Source: an uncultured Candidatus Saccharibacteria bacterium (GTDB taxonomy: Bacteria; Patescibacteriota; Minisyncoccia; UBA9983). Taken from it: DNA of 64,000 nt. The translations under genes and the position numbers were made by a program. Below are positions 46,854-55,440 of this stretch, in pieces. The notes under the pieces were generated by a model. It searched no databases. It saw only the letters and a program-made list of their open reading frames with translations, and was not told the DNA's origin. The stretch covers positions 792 to 64,791 of the forward strand of contig CAYWCU010000002.1 of assembly GCA_964456855.1 (NCBI GenBank), read 5' to 3'. Positions within the stretch are counted from its first letter, which is position 1; each line of letters starts with the position of its first letter.

Positions 46854-47894
46854 ATGACAGAAGATTTTCCAAATTTAGATATCTATAGAAAAATCTTTAC
46901 TTTTCATGACTCTATTGTGAATAGAATTGTTTCAAGAGAAAGTAGTTGGCTTGAATTTAAAGAATCATTTAACTGGGGCTCTAAGGATAGATATGCAAAA
47001 AGTATAGCCGCTTTTGCCAATAATAAAGGTGGTTATATCGTATTTGGAATAAAAGATTTACCTCGTGATTTAGTTGGATTGCAAAGTAAAAATTTTGAAA
47101 CAATTGACGAAGCAAAAATAACAGACTACCTAAATAGTGTTTTTGCGCCAGAAATAATATTTAGTAAATTTGTAATAAAACTAAAATCTAAAGAAATTGG
47201 TATTTTACAAATTTTAGAAACTACTAACAAACCGTTAGTTTGTCTGAAAAATGACGGTGTGTTAAAAGAGGCAGAAATATATTATCGTTATAATTCAAGA
47301 AGTGAAAAAATAAAGTATCCAGAACTTATAGAATTATTTGAGCAAGTAAGAAAAGACGAGAGAAAAAGTTGGATGGAACATTTTGAAAAGATATCGAAAA
47401 TTGGTCCAGAAAATACTGCAATATTTGATACCATTAGCGGTAAAATAAGTGGTAAAAGTGGTACGCTTATTATAGATAAAAAACTTATCCCAAAATTAAA
47501 ATTTATTAACGAAGGAAAGTTTCGTGAGCATGGTAAACCTGTACTGAAATTAGTCGGTAGTGTAAAACCAGTCCTTATGACCAATAAAGCTAACAATGTT
47601 GGATTTCAGATAACGAATGATTTAAGAGCTCCAAAAGTTAGACTTGTCGAAGAAGAAATATTAAAAACAAAATATCCGTTTGACTATAATGAGCTCACAA
47701 TGAAATTGATTGCGAGATATGCTGATTTTGTACGAAATGCCAAATATCATAAATTACGAAAACGATTTATGAAAAATGAGAATTTATGTAAGACGCGATA
47801 TCTTGACCCAAAAAATTTAAAGGGTAGTAAAAAAGATTTTTATAGTCCTAAAATAATACAAGGATTTGATAAACATTATCAAAAGAGAAAATAA
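46854..47894 (+). CDS. AlbA_2 (Schlafen-like, PF04326) domain protein
   Basis: ESSWLEFKESFNWGSKDRYAKSIAAFANNKGGYIVFGIKD is the AlbA_2 signature. Long C-terminal region of unknown function. Confidence 0.55.
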   Translation: MTEDFPNLDIYRKIFTFHDSIVNRIVSRESSWLEFKESFNWGSKDRYAKSIAAFANNKGGYIVFGIKDLPRDLVGLQSKNFETIDEAKITDYLNSVFAPEIIFSKFVIKLKSKEIGILQILETTNKPLVCLKNDGVLKEAEIYYRYNSRSEKIKYPELIELFEQVRKDERKSWMEHFEKISKIGPENTAIFDTISGKISGKSGTLIIDKKLIPKLKFINEGKFREHGKPVLKLVGSVKPVLMTNKANNVGFQITNDLRAPKVRLVEEEILKTKYPFDYNELTMKLIARYADFVRNAKYHKLRKRFMKNENLCKTRYLDPKNLKGSKKDFYSPKIIQGFDKHYQKRK

Positions 47895-48299
47895 AGGGAG
47901 CAATGCTTGCGCGCGCATTGGGTGGGTGGGGCAAGCGCAATATGATTTGCTTGTGCTATCCGTTGCGTGATAGCACAATCCTTTTTCTTTTTTCTTTCCT
48001 TACAACTCACACAAAACTATAACCGAAGCCACTGAGCGAGCCACGAGAACACCGAGCAGGCATTACGAACGAAGTGAGTAGCCATGCGAGGTGTTTCTCG
48101 TTGGCGAGTGTACTCTCAAGTTACCACAATCGTAGCGCCACAGTTCGCAAAGGAATGGAAAAATGGCGAGTGTGTTGCGTAAGCAACAAAACTTGTTTTA
48201 ACGAGCCATTTTGGAATGACTGTAGCGAACCCGAACGACAAAACCATTTCCTTACCTTTCTTTCTTTTTCGGTGGAGGGGTCTGGGGAGGAGCCGAACA

Positions 48300-48432
48300 A
48301 CAAATTGAAAGGCTCCCGTTTTGTTCAAAAGGCGTTTAGCCGATTGAATACAAAACGCAGTGCCTGTGGTGAAATTTTGGTTTTGGTCGGGCGGCTCGCC
48401 GAGTGGAGCGAGGCGAGAGTGGCACGGTCGTA
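48300..48432. repeat. right terminal inverted repeat of the island, within a GC-rich structured non-coding stretch (47895-48640)
   Basis: Reverse complement gccactctcgcctcgctccactcggcgagcc ... ttcaccacaggcactgcgttttgtattcaatc ... gaacaaaacgggagccttt. Confidence 0.7.
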
Positions 48433-48576
48433 TTGCAGGAGTTACCACTAAACTCTCCTAGCGGAGAGAGTGGTCAGAATTACCACAGGCTCTCGCCGTG
48501 GAGAGCGTGCCGTCGCAACGGCACGCATTAGACAGCACGCACTCCGCGCGTTCCTCTTTGTTAATACGATTTGTTT

Positions 48577-48633
48577 TGAAAATAGGTTCGGATTTGGTAA
48601 AATAGAGGCACCAGAACAGAACTCGTCCGCCTT
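48577..48633. repeat. attR-like degenerate copy of the tRNA-Gly 3' half plus downstream 17 nt
   Basis: ataGGTTCGGATTtggtaaaatagagGCACCAGAACAGAACTCGTCCGC versus the tRNA end acGGGTTCGATTcccgtatcccGCACCAGAATAGAACTCGTCCGC. Confidence 0.6.
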
Positions 48634-48756
48634 TGGCGGGCTTTTTCTATTCTGGTGTGTTTATTGTACCAATATCAAACTTTCGGATTTTTAACTTTTC
48701 ATGGGTAGGGCGGGCTAAAAACGAAAAAGGAGCTCTTTGCGGAGCTCCTTTTGGTT

Positions 48757-49107
48757 TTACTTTTTTTTGATTATCTCATCAATGCCGTCCTTGCGGACAC
48801 TGATGAGTTCGCGTTCTATTTTAACCATGCGCTCTATTATATCAAGCGCAAGGCAAACCGGGACTTCTTTCGTCAACTTGAACTTGTGGACCATATACAC
48901 CGGACCGACAAGTCTATGAAAGATATAGACTCCCCTTTCCGGAGAATTGTCAGCAAACACGCTGACACTAACTTCCCCCAGTTTCATATCTTTGTTAAGG
49001 AATTCGGGTCTTCCCTGCGCCCGAACCTCTAAAACGTTCTTTCCGAATATTGCATAGAGGATGGCATGCCTGCCTTCCTCTATAGCCTCAAATCCTAATT
49101 CTTCCAT
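48757..49107 (-). CDS. hypothetical protein
   Basis: 116 aa ORF in a codon-plausible frame downstream of glmS. No domain recognised. Confidence 0.35.
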   Translation of the reverse strand: MEELGFEAIEEGRHAILYAIFGKNVLEVRAQGRPEFLNKDMKLGEVSVSVFADNSPERGVYIFHRLVGPVYMVHKFKLTKEVPVCLALDIIERMVKIERELISVRKDGIDEIIKKK

Positions 49108-49236
49108 CTTTTCTCCTCCCTTTTATTTCGCGCCTTCTTCAACGCGATTTTTAAAATTCAATGCATTGCCTGCCGCTAATATCGCACACTGGCAGATAAA
49201 AATCAAGAAGAATCGCACGGCTTCCATTCCAACCGC

Positions 49237-51063
49237 TTATTCCACGGTTACGGACTTTGCAAGATTTCTCGGCTTATCCACATCCAACCCTTTTAAAACC
49301 GCCATATGATACGCGAACAACTGCAAAGGAATCGCCGCCAAAATTGGGCTGAGCGGCTCAATCGTTTCTGGAACATAAATGACATCGCCCGCCACTGATT
49401 TTATTTTTTCATCTCCTTCCGTGGCGACCGCGATAATCCTCCCGCCCCGACATCTTATCTCCTCCATATTGCTTATGTTTTTTTCGTAAACGGAATCTTT
49501 AAGACAAATAAACATTGTCGGAAAATCATCGTCTATGAGGGCGATGGAGCCGTGTTTCATTTCTCCGGAAGGCATTCCTTCGGCGTGGATGTAAGAAAGT
49601 TCTTTCAGTTTAAGCGCGCCTTCCAGAGCTGTCGCGACATTGTATTTTCTCCCCAAGTAAAGAAAGTTTTTTGCCTTGATATGTTTTTCGGCTATTTTTT
49701 TAATTTCCCCGCTCAATTCCAATATCTTTTTTATTTTTTCCGGGATGAGAAGCAATTCGTTCAGGATGTCTTTCGCCTTCGCGAAGGTCATTTCCCTTTG
49801 CCTGCCGAAATAAACGGACAACAACGCCATTATCGCCGTCTGCGATGTAAAAGCCTTGGTTGAGGCGACCGACATTTCAAGCCCGATACGATTATGGACA
49901 CAGGCGTCAAGTTCGCGCGCTATAGTGGAGCCGAGGACATTGACCACGCCGAGCGTCGTGGCTCCTCTTTTCTTCCCTTCCCTCAGAGCCGCCAGCGTGT
50001 CCGCCGTTTCTCCGGACTGGCTGATTGCCAACAGAAGGGTGTCTTTGCCGATAACGGGAGTTCGGTAACGGAATTCCGAGGCGTAATCCACCTTGCTTGG
50101 AACACCCGCCATTTCCTCAAACATATATTCTCCGACCAATCCGGCATGCATAGCGGTTCCGCAAGCGACAATGGCAATTTCGCGCGCGGAGCGCGCCGTT
50201 TCAGTAAAAGCGTCAAATTCTTCAAAAATAGCTTCCCCTTTCTCCGAATCTATGCGACCCCTAACGCTGTTTAAAATTGCCTCAGGCTGTTCAAAAATTT
50301 CTTTGAGCATAAAATGAGGAAATCCTTTCTTTTCCGCCTCGCCCGAATCCCAATCTATTTTCCGTGGCTCTTTGGATATCTCAGCACCGAGAACATCAAG
50401 AATCTTCAAGCCGTTCTTCCTTATTTCCACAACCTCCCCGTCGTCAAGATAAATAACTTCCCTCGCCCGGGAGATTATGGCGGAAATATCCGAGGCGATT
50501 ATCGTTTCTCCGTCCCCCAGTCCGATGACAAGCGGACTGCCCATTTTCGCCGCCATAATTTTTTCCGGAAAATCTTCATGGATAAAAACAATGGCATAGG
50601 CCCCTTTGAGCATTTTTAACGCTTTCCGCATGGCAATGAACGGATTGGCTTCATGGGTGTCTTCAATCAAATGAGCAATCACTTCCGTGTCCGTTTGGGA
50701 CTTAAAAATATGCCCTTTCGCCTCCAGTTCTTCTTTTAATCTTTTGTAGTTTTCAATAATGCCATTATGCGCCAGCCAAATTTTTCCAGAACAATCGGAA
50801 TGAGGATGAGCGTTAATCTCGTTTGCCTCCCCGTGAGTCGCCCAACGGGTGTGCGCTATTCCCAAATCAGCCCTCCTTTCTTTGCCACCCAATTTTTTTT
50901 CCAGATTGGCTATTTTCCCGACCGCCTTCACGCATTCAATTCCGCCGGTCAAACGCAAAGCCACTCCAGAAGAATCATATCCTCGGTATTCCAAACGCTT
51001 AAGCCCGTCAATCAAGGCGGGCAATGCGTCATTTTTTCCCAAATATCCGACTATTCCGCACAT
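49237..51063 (-). CDS. glmS: glutamine--fructose-6-phosphate aminotransferase (isomerizing)
   Basis: N-terminal MCGIVGY (Cys nucleophile), a glutaminase domain and two SIS domains, ending ...AKSVTVE. Start set to ATG 51063. Confidence 0.95.
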   Translation of the reverse strand: MCGIVGYLGKNDALPALIDGLKRLEYRGYDSSGVALRLTGGIECVKAVGKIANLEKKLGGKERRADLGIAHTRWATHGEANEINAHPHSDCSGKIWLAHNGIIENYKRLKEELEAKGHIFKSQTDTEVIAHLIEDTHEANPFIAMRKALKMLKGAYAIVFIHEDFPEKIMAAKMGSPLVIGLGDGETIIASDISAIISRAREVIYLDDGEVVEIRKNGLKILDVLGAEISKEPRKIDWDSGEAEKKGFPHFMLKEIFEQPEAILNSVRGRIDSEKGEAIFEEFDAFTETARSAREIAIVACGTAMHAGLVGEYMFEEMAGVPSKVDYASEFRYRTPVIGKDTLLLAISQSGETADTLAALREGKKRGATTLGVVNVLGSTIARELDACVHNRIGLEMSVASTKAFTSQTAIMALLSVYFGRQREMTFAKAKDILNELLLIPEKIKKILELSGEIKKIAEKHIKAKNFLYLGRKYNVATALEGALKLKELSYIHAEGMPSGEMKHGSIALIDDDFPTMFICLKDSVYEKNISNMEEIRCRGGRIIAVATEGDEKIKSVAGDVIYVPETIEPLSPILAAIPLQLFAYHMAVLKGLDVDKPRNLAKSVTVE

Positions 51064-51286
51064 AAGCGATAATTTAAACAATGCTCTGTTGTCTTCAGAT
51101 TAACACTTTAGCAAGCTTCGGGCAATAAAGAATTTCAGAGCTCGTCCTTATTATTTTTGTGAATGCATAAGTTCACTAACATATGGCACTCTTCTAAAAA
51201 GAAGAGAAATGAAGAAATAAAGGGGACCTGTTATTCGGTCTCCTTTTTAAATTGCTCAAAAAAGCGAAATAGTATAAAATAGGGAT

Positions 51287-52237
51287 ATGCTTATCGCAAA
51301 TGAAAAAGAAATGGAAGAGTTTCTGAGCAAGCTCAAATCAGAGTTTAAGTTTTATGATGAAAAAAACGAGGCTCCGCGAGGAGGAATGAATTTTAAAAGA
51401 CATTTTTTCCCGGCCAGACAAGAAACTTTCTCAAAAACGGAAGCGGGCGGAATTGTAACCCCCGAGGCTCCCGAAGAATTTATTGTTTTCGGCTTAAATC
51501 TTCCCGACCTTGAGGCACTCACCTATTTTGACGAGATAATGAAAAACCCAAACGAAGATTTTTATTATCTCAGAAACAGAGAGCGGTCAATTGTTATCGG
51601 GTTAATTCAAGAGGAGATTGACGCGCAACCGGGAGGAGATATTATTTTTCAAGATATCGGTGGCGGACGATATAAGGTTTGGCAAAATACGGACAAAGGG
51701 AAAGATTTGATTAAAAAACACAAAAAGTTTTTTGAAGAAGTTGAGGACGATAACAAGAAAAACGCCCCGCAAATCCCGGAAAACAAATCACTGGGTGAGT
51801 GGTCGCAGTCAATGCGCGCGCTACTTGTTGACCCAGAGCTTTTGGCGAAAGCGGTGGAATGGTCGCATGACCATCCGATTTGGGATGAACTTGGAAAAAG
51901 GTGCTTGGGATGCGGGATTTGCACCTATGTCTGCCCCATCTGCTATTGCTTCTCAATTGAAGACAGTGTCGGGCTGGACGGCAGTTGCAAGCGATGCAGA
52001 AAGTGGGACGCGTGCACGCTTCCCGAGTTCGCGAAAATCACCGGGGGACACAGTTTCCGCCCGACGATAAAGGAGAGATATTATAACTGGTTTTACCATA
52101 AGTTTGTCAGGGCGTATAATGAATATGGGAGATCGCAATGTGTGGGGTGCGGTCGGTGCAAAAAATTCTGCCCGGCAAGTATTGATATTTACGAGGTGTT
52201 GTCTGTAATTTTAAAAGATTATAAGAATAGTCGGTAG
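51287..52237 (+). CDS. 4Fe-4S dicluster protein, sulfhydrogenase beta (HydB) / AsrA-like
   Basis: CLGCGICTYVCP and CVGCGRCKKFCP ferredoxin motifs in the C-terminal third. Confidence 0.6.
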   Translation: MLIANEKEMEEFLSKLKSEFKFYDEKNEAPRGGMNFKRHFFPARQETFSKTEAGGIVTPEAPEEFIVFGLNLPDLEALTYFDEIMKNPNEDFYYLRNRERSIVIGLIQEEIDAQPGGDIIFQDIGGGRYKVWQNTDKGKDLIKKHKKFFEEVEDDNKKNAPQIPENKSLGEWSQSMRALLVDPELLAKAVEWSHDHPIWDELGKRCLGCGICTYVCPICYCFSIEDSVGLDGSCKRCRKWDACTLPEFAKITGGHSFRPTIKERYYNWFYHKFVRAYNEYGRSQCVGCGRCKKFCPASIDIYEVLSVILKDYKNSR

Positions 52238-52268
52238 CCGGTATGTCGGTGGCCAAACAAAAAAACAG

Positions 52269-52934
52269 ATGAGTTTTGAAAAAACCGAATTTGAATCCAA
52301 GCCAAAGATTGAGATTGAGGAAAGTTTCCGCGAATTCCTCCCCGAGGAATTCGCGAACGACCCAATGGGTTATTTTGAAAAAGAAGGCGAGAAAATAAAA
52401 AAAGGGGAAATAAAGTATGCGGAAGAAGGCAGAATCCGAGAAGATCCGACATGCGTAAAAGATCTACCCACATGGACGGGCAAAAAGGGATCCGAATTAC
52501 GCGCGGTGGGGAAAAAAGTGAACATAATAAAAGGACAAGTGGGCAGAACAGGCAATCCTTTCCATGAATACGAGGTGATGAAGATTGTTGACGAGTTGGG
52601 CTTGCCTTGCGCGAGACCGATATTAAAAGCGAAGCAAGGAGAAAATTACTTGATTATAACGGAAAAAATCCCGGGCACGCGTTGGACGGAAAGAGACCTT
52701 TTGAAATTAAAATCAGAATTGAAGCAAGAGGGTTATTCAGATGAAGACATTGAAGACTTAAAGGAGCAGGCCGAAAAACAAATGGAAGAAATGAAGAAAA
52801 AATTTGCCGAGATGGGAATCATGCGCAAATGGAAACTGAATGACATGGTTTTTGACATAGATATTAAGAACAAGAGGATTAGAAAAATAACGCCAACCGA
52901 CTGGGAACGCACCGAAATTATAAAAGACCGATAG
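52269..52934 (+). CDS. hypothetical protein with a degenerate protein-kinase-like (RIO/Kdo-kinase-like N-lobe) fold
   Basis: NIIKG...EYEVMKIVDELGLP...NYLIITEKIPG resembles a kinase N-lobe and hinge. The catalytic-loop position reads WKLNDMVFDI instead of HxDLxxxN. Confidence 0.3.
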   Translation: MSFEKTEFESKPKIEIEESFREFLPEEFANDPMGYFEKEGEKIKKGEIKYAEEGRIREDPTCVKDLPTWTGKKGSELRAVGKKVNIIKGQVGRTGNPFHEYEVMKIVDELGLPCARPILKAKQGENYLIITEKIPGTRWTERDLLKLKSELKQEGYSDEDIEDLKEQAEKQMEEMKKKFAEMGIMRKWKLNDMVFDIDIKNKRIRKITPTDWERTEIIKDR

Positions 52935-52999
52935 AGTCAATGGTAGCTAGCGGGATTAGCTGATAGTGACCAGCTAAATAGCTTGTAGAAAAAAATATT

Positions 53000-53827
53000 A
53001 TGAACAACATTTACGAACCACAATTAGTTAAAATAACAAAGATTGAAGAACAGTCGCCGACCGTGAAGTTGTTTCGGCTGGAAAAAATTGACGGCAAATT
53101 TAAAAAAGACGAAGACGGGCTCGTTTTCCGACCGGGGCAGTTCGTGATGGTCGGACAAATCGGATACGGCGAGTCGCCACTTGGTCCCCTTTCTTCTCCC
53201 TATGAGGATAAATATATTGAAATCGCAGCGCGCAAGGCGGGAACCGTGACGAGTTATCTGCACTCACTGAAGGAGGGTGATGAAATCACTCTTCGCGGAC
53301 CGCTCGGGAACGGATTTCCTCTGGAATTTATGGAGGGCAAGGATGTTGTGTGCGCCACAGGGGGATGCGGAATTCCTCCGATTGCCGCTCTTGTTGAATA
53401 TATGGTTGAAAACAAAGAAAAATTCGGGAGAATTTATGTGCTTTACGGAGCGAAAACTCCCGATGAATTGTTGATGAGAGAGAAAATGAAAGATTGGGAA
53501 AAAGAAGGCGTAAAAATAATTTTAACGATAGACAAACCGAATAAAAACTGGAAGGGTCCCGTCGGTTTTGTAACGGATTTGGTCAAAGAGATAGAAGTTG
53601 ACGAAGTGAACGCGGTCGCCACAATGTGCGGTCCGGGACCGATGGTCGGAGCCTTGGAAAAGGTTTTGCGGCCACTCGGAATTTCCGACAGAAGAATCTT
53701 CGTCAGTATGGAAAGAAAAATGCAGTGCGGAGTCGGCAAATGCCAGCACTGCACCACCGGCAAAAAATATGTTTGCCTTGACGGTCCGGTGTTTAATTAT
53801 GATGAAATAGAGAATAATAAAGATTAG
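53000..53827 (+). CDS. FAD/NAD(P)-binding oxidoreductase with a C-terminal 2Fe-2S cluster, sulfhydrogenase gamma (HydG) / PyrK-like
   Basis: RPGQFVMV, GGCGIPP (NAD-binding), C-terminal CGVGKCQHC. Confidence 0.7.
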   Translation: MNNIYEPQLVKITKIEEQSPTVKLFRLEKIDGKFKKDEDGLVFRPGQFVMVGQIGYGESPLGPLSSPYEDKYIEIAARKAGTVTSYLHSLKEGDEITLRGPLGNGFPLEFMEGKDVVCATGGCGIPPIAALVEYMVENKEKFGRIYVLYGAKTPDELLMREKMKDWEKEGVKIILTIDKPNKNWKGPVGFVTDLVKEIEVDEVNAVATMCGPGPMVGALEKVLRPLGISDRRIFVSMERKMQCGVGKCQHCTTGKKYVCLDGPVFNYDEIENNKD

Positions 53828-53895
53828 TAATTATGGGTTTCCGCCCAAGGCGGATGCTCATAATTTAACAATTCACCCGCGGTGAATTAAAAATT

Positions 53896-54651
53896 ATGGC
53901 AAAACCAAAAATAGCAATATATGATTTTACGGACTGCGAAGGATGCGAGGTAAAACTCGTTTCTTTGAGGGAGCGACTTTTGGCACTTGAACAAAAGATA
54001 GACATCGTAAACTGGAGATTGGGACAGGAGCATTTTGAACCAGGTCCTTACGACATTACGATTATAGAGGGCACGCCCATTCACAAAAACGAAATCACTT
54101 TATTGAAAGAGTTGCGCGAAAATTCAAAGGTTTTGGTGGCGCTCGGAGCCTGCGCCGCCTTGGCGGGGATCCCCGGCATAATGCCGGAAAAAGACAGGAA
54201 GATTTGGTACGAGAAAATTTATTCTTCGCAATACAAACCGGTGGGAGTGGACGCGGTGCCTCTGTCCGCCTATGTGGATGTTGATTTCGCCATTCACGGA
54301 TGTCCGGTTGACGAGGACGAGGTGGTGAGAGTTTTTGAAGAATTGCTCGCCGGAAAGACGCCAAGTTACCGAGGGTTCTCCGTTTGTTTTGACTGCAAAC
54401 AGGCGGGCAATCCGTGCAGAATAGCGGAAGAAAAAAAGCCGTGTATGGGTCCGATTACCCAAGGAGGATGCAAAGCGATTTGCGTTTCCGGCGGCTCGCC
54501 ATGCTACGGATGCTTCGGAATCCGCGAGGAGGCGAACATTCCCTCGCTTGTAAAAATATTGAAAAAAATCGCGGACAAAGAAACCGTTGAACGATATCTC
54601 ACAATGTTCCACAGCAGAACTCCGGAAATCAAAGAACATTTGAAAAAATAA
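53896..54651 (+). CDS. NiFe-hydrogenase small-subunit-like protein (HydD/MvhG-like)
   Basis: KIAIYDFTDCEGCEV, GACAALAGIPG, HGCPVDEDE, and a C-terminal Cys cluster CKQAGNPC...CMGPITQGGCKAICVSGGSPCYGCFG. Confidence 0.65.
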   Translation: MAKPKIAIYDFTDCEGCEVKLVSLRERLLALEQKIDIVNWRLGQEHFEPGPYDITIIEGTPIHKNEITLLKELRENSKVLVALGACAALAGIPGIMPEKDRKIWYEKIYSSQYKPVGVDAVPLSAYVDVDFAIHGCPVDEDEVVRVFEELLAGKTPSYRGFSVCFDCKQAGNPCRIAEEKKPCMGPITQGGCKAICVSGGSPCYGCFGIREEANIPSLVKILKKIADKETVERYLTMFHSRTPEIKEHLKK

Positions 54652-54768
54652 AAAATCTAAAAAATTGTCCCCCCTTGATTAAACCGCCTAAAAAGAGTAA
54701 GAATTAAGAGAGGATTCAGCACCCTGACAAATAAATCCCACCAAGTGGAATGAATAGAGGGGGAAAAA

Positions 54769-54975
54769 TTGGTAACAATAAGGAACAAAAAGGCGAAAAG
54801 GATAATCAGAGAAACAGGTTATCTGCATGATTGTATTGTGCAGGGAGACCTTGATTTGTCCGATTTTGATGAAGTGAAAATAGAATATGTAGTAATAAGA
54901 GGAGATTTGAAGGTGCGACAAGCCGGATTGTGTCTTCATTTTTGCGAAATATCGGGGAATCTGCATCTCAAATAG
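54769..54975 (+). CDS. small hypothetical protein (TTG start), paralog of 55033-55365
   Basis: Shared pattern TG.L.DC.V.G.L.LSDF plus repeated G(D/N)L motifs. Both genes have a conserved ~45 nt leader (aaaaagagtaagaattaagagagRattcagcacMctgacaa) upstream. Confidence 0.4.
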   Translation: MVTIRNKKAKRIIRETGYLHDCIVQGDLDLSDFDEVKIEYVVIRGDLKVRQAGLCLHFCEISGNLHLK

Positions 54976-55032
54976 TGCTCAAAAAGAGTAAGAATTAAGA
55001 GAGAATTCAGCACACTGACAATTCCATAGGAG

Positions 55033-55365
55033 GTGGAAATGGGAACCATAAACAGCGAGGAAGCAAAAAAGAGGATCTCAAAGACAGGGCGCTTGGCGGA
55101 CTGCTCCGTTAATGGAAATCTGAATCTCTCAGATTTCCATTATATCAAGAAAATTGTCTTAACGGACGTGACTGTCAATGGAAACCTAACGGTCGGGTCA
55201 AAGGGCCTCTATCTTTATTACACAAAGATAGAGGGGGACATATACCTTGAAGAAAAGGAGATGGATTACTTTGAGTCATTTTACTCAAAGTGCAAAATTC
55301 TCTTTTTGGAGGGGGTGCGGGTGAAGAGCCTGCATTTAAAAATGAGAATAAAGAATATAATGTAA
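55033..55365 (+). CDS. small hypothetical protein, paralog of 54769-54975
   Basis: Strong RBS aggaggtggaaATG. Repeated GNLNLSDF / GNLTVGSKGL units suggest a short beta-solenoid. Confidence 0.45.
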   Translation: MEMGTINSEEAKKRISKTGRLADCSVNGNLNLSDFHYIKKIVLTDVTVNGNLTVGSKGLYLYYTKIEGDIYLEEKEMDYFESFYSKCKILFLEGVRVKSLHLKMRIKNIM

Positions 55366-55440
55366 AACAAAAAGTCGGCGCGATTAGCCGACTTTTTTTA
55401 ATCTTATTTATTTTATCCGGTCGCGACAATGCCAACTGTT

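Larger units (their letters stand above)
43677..48633 (+). mobile_element. ~5 kb genomic island integrated at the 3' end of tRNA-Gly, carrying a defence/R-M remnant and no integrase
   Basis: attL at the tRNA 3' end (GCACCAGAATAGAACTCGTCCGC, 43671-43693) repeats at 48611-48633 (GCACCAGAACAGAACTCGTCCGC), preceded by a degenerate T-arm copy (GGTTCGGATT). Imperfect ~110 bp inverted repeats at 43697-43805 and 48300-48432. The cargo is AT-rich. Confidence 0.65.

Noticed and set aside
48440-48480. Possible second tRNA on the minus strand (D-loop-like AGTTTAGTGGTAAC)
   Set aside because: Only a partial match to the tRNA-Gly D-arm. No acceptor stem or anticodon arm can be folded. Likely a degenerate fragment associated with the island end.
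48074-48694. ORFs 48074-48451, 48116-48448, 48470-48694 in the GC-rich region
   Set aside because: They overlap each other on both strands inside a hairpin-rich non-coding stretch that carries the island's inverted repeat. No coding periodicity or domain motifs.
49552-51103. Multiple plus-strand ORFs overlapping glmS (49552-49863, 49894-50274, 50314-50619, 50767-51072, 50849-51103)
   Set aside because: Antisense to glmS, whose product is unambiguous.
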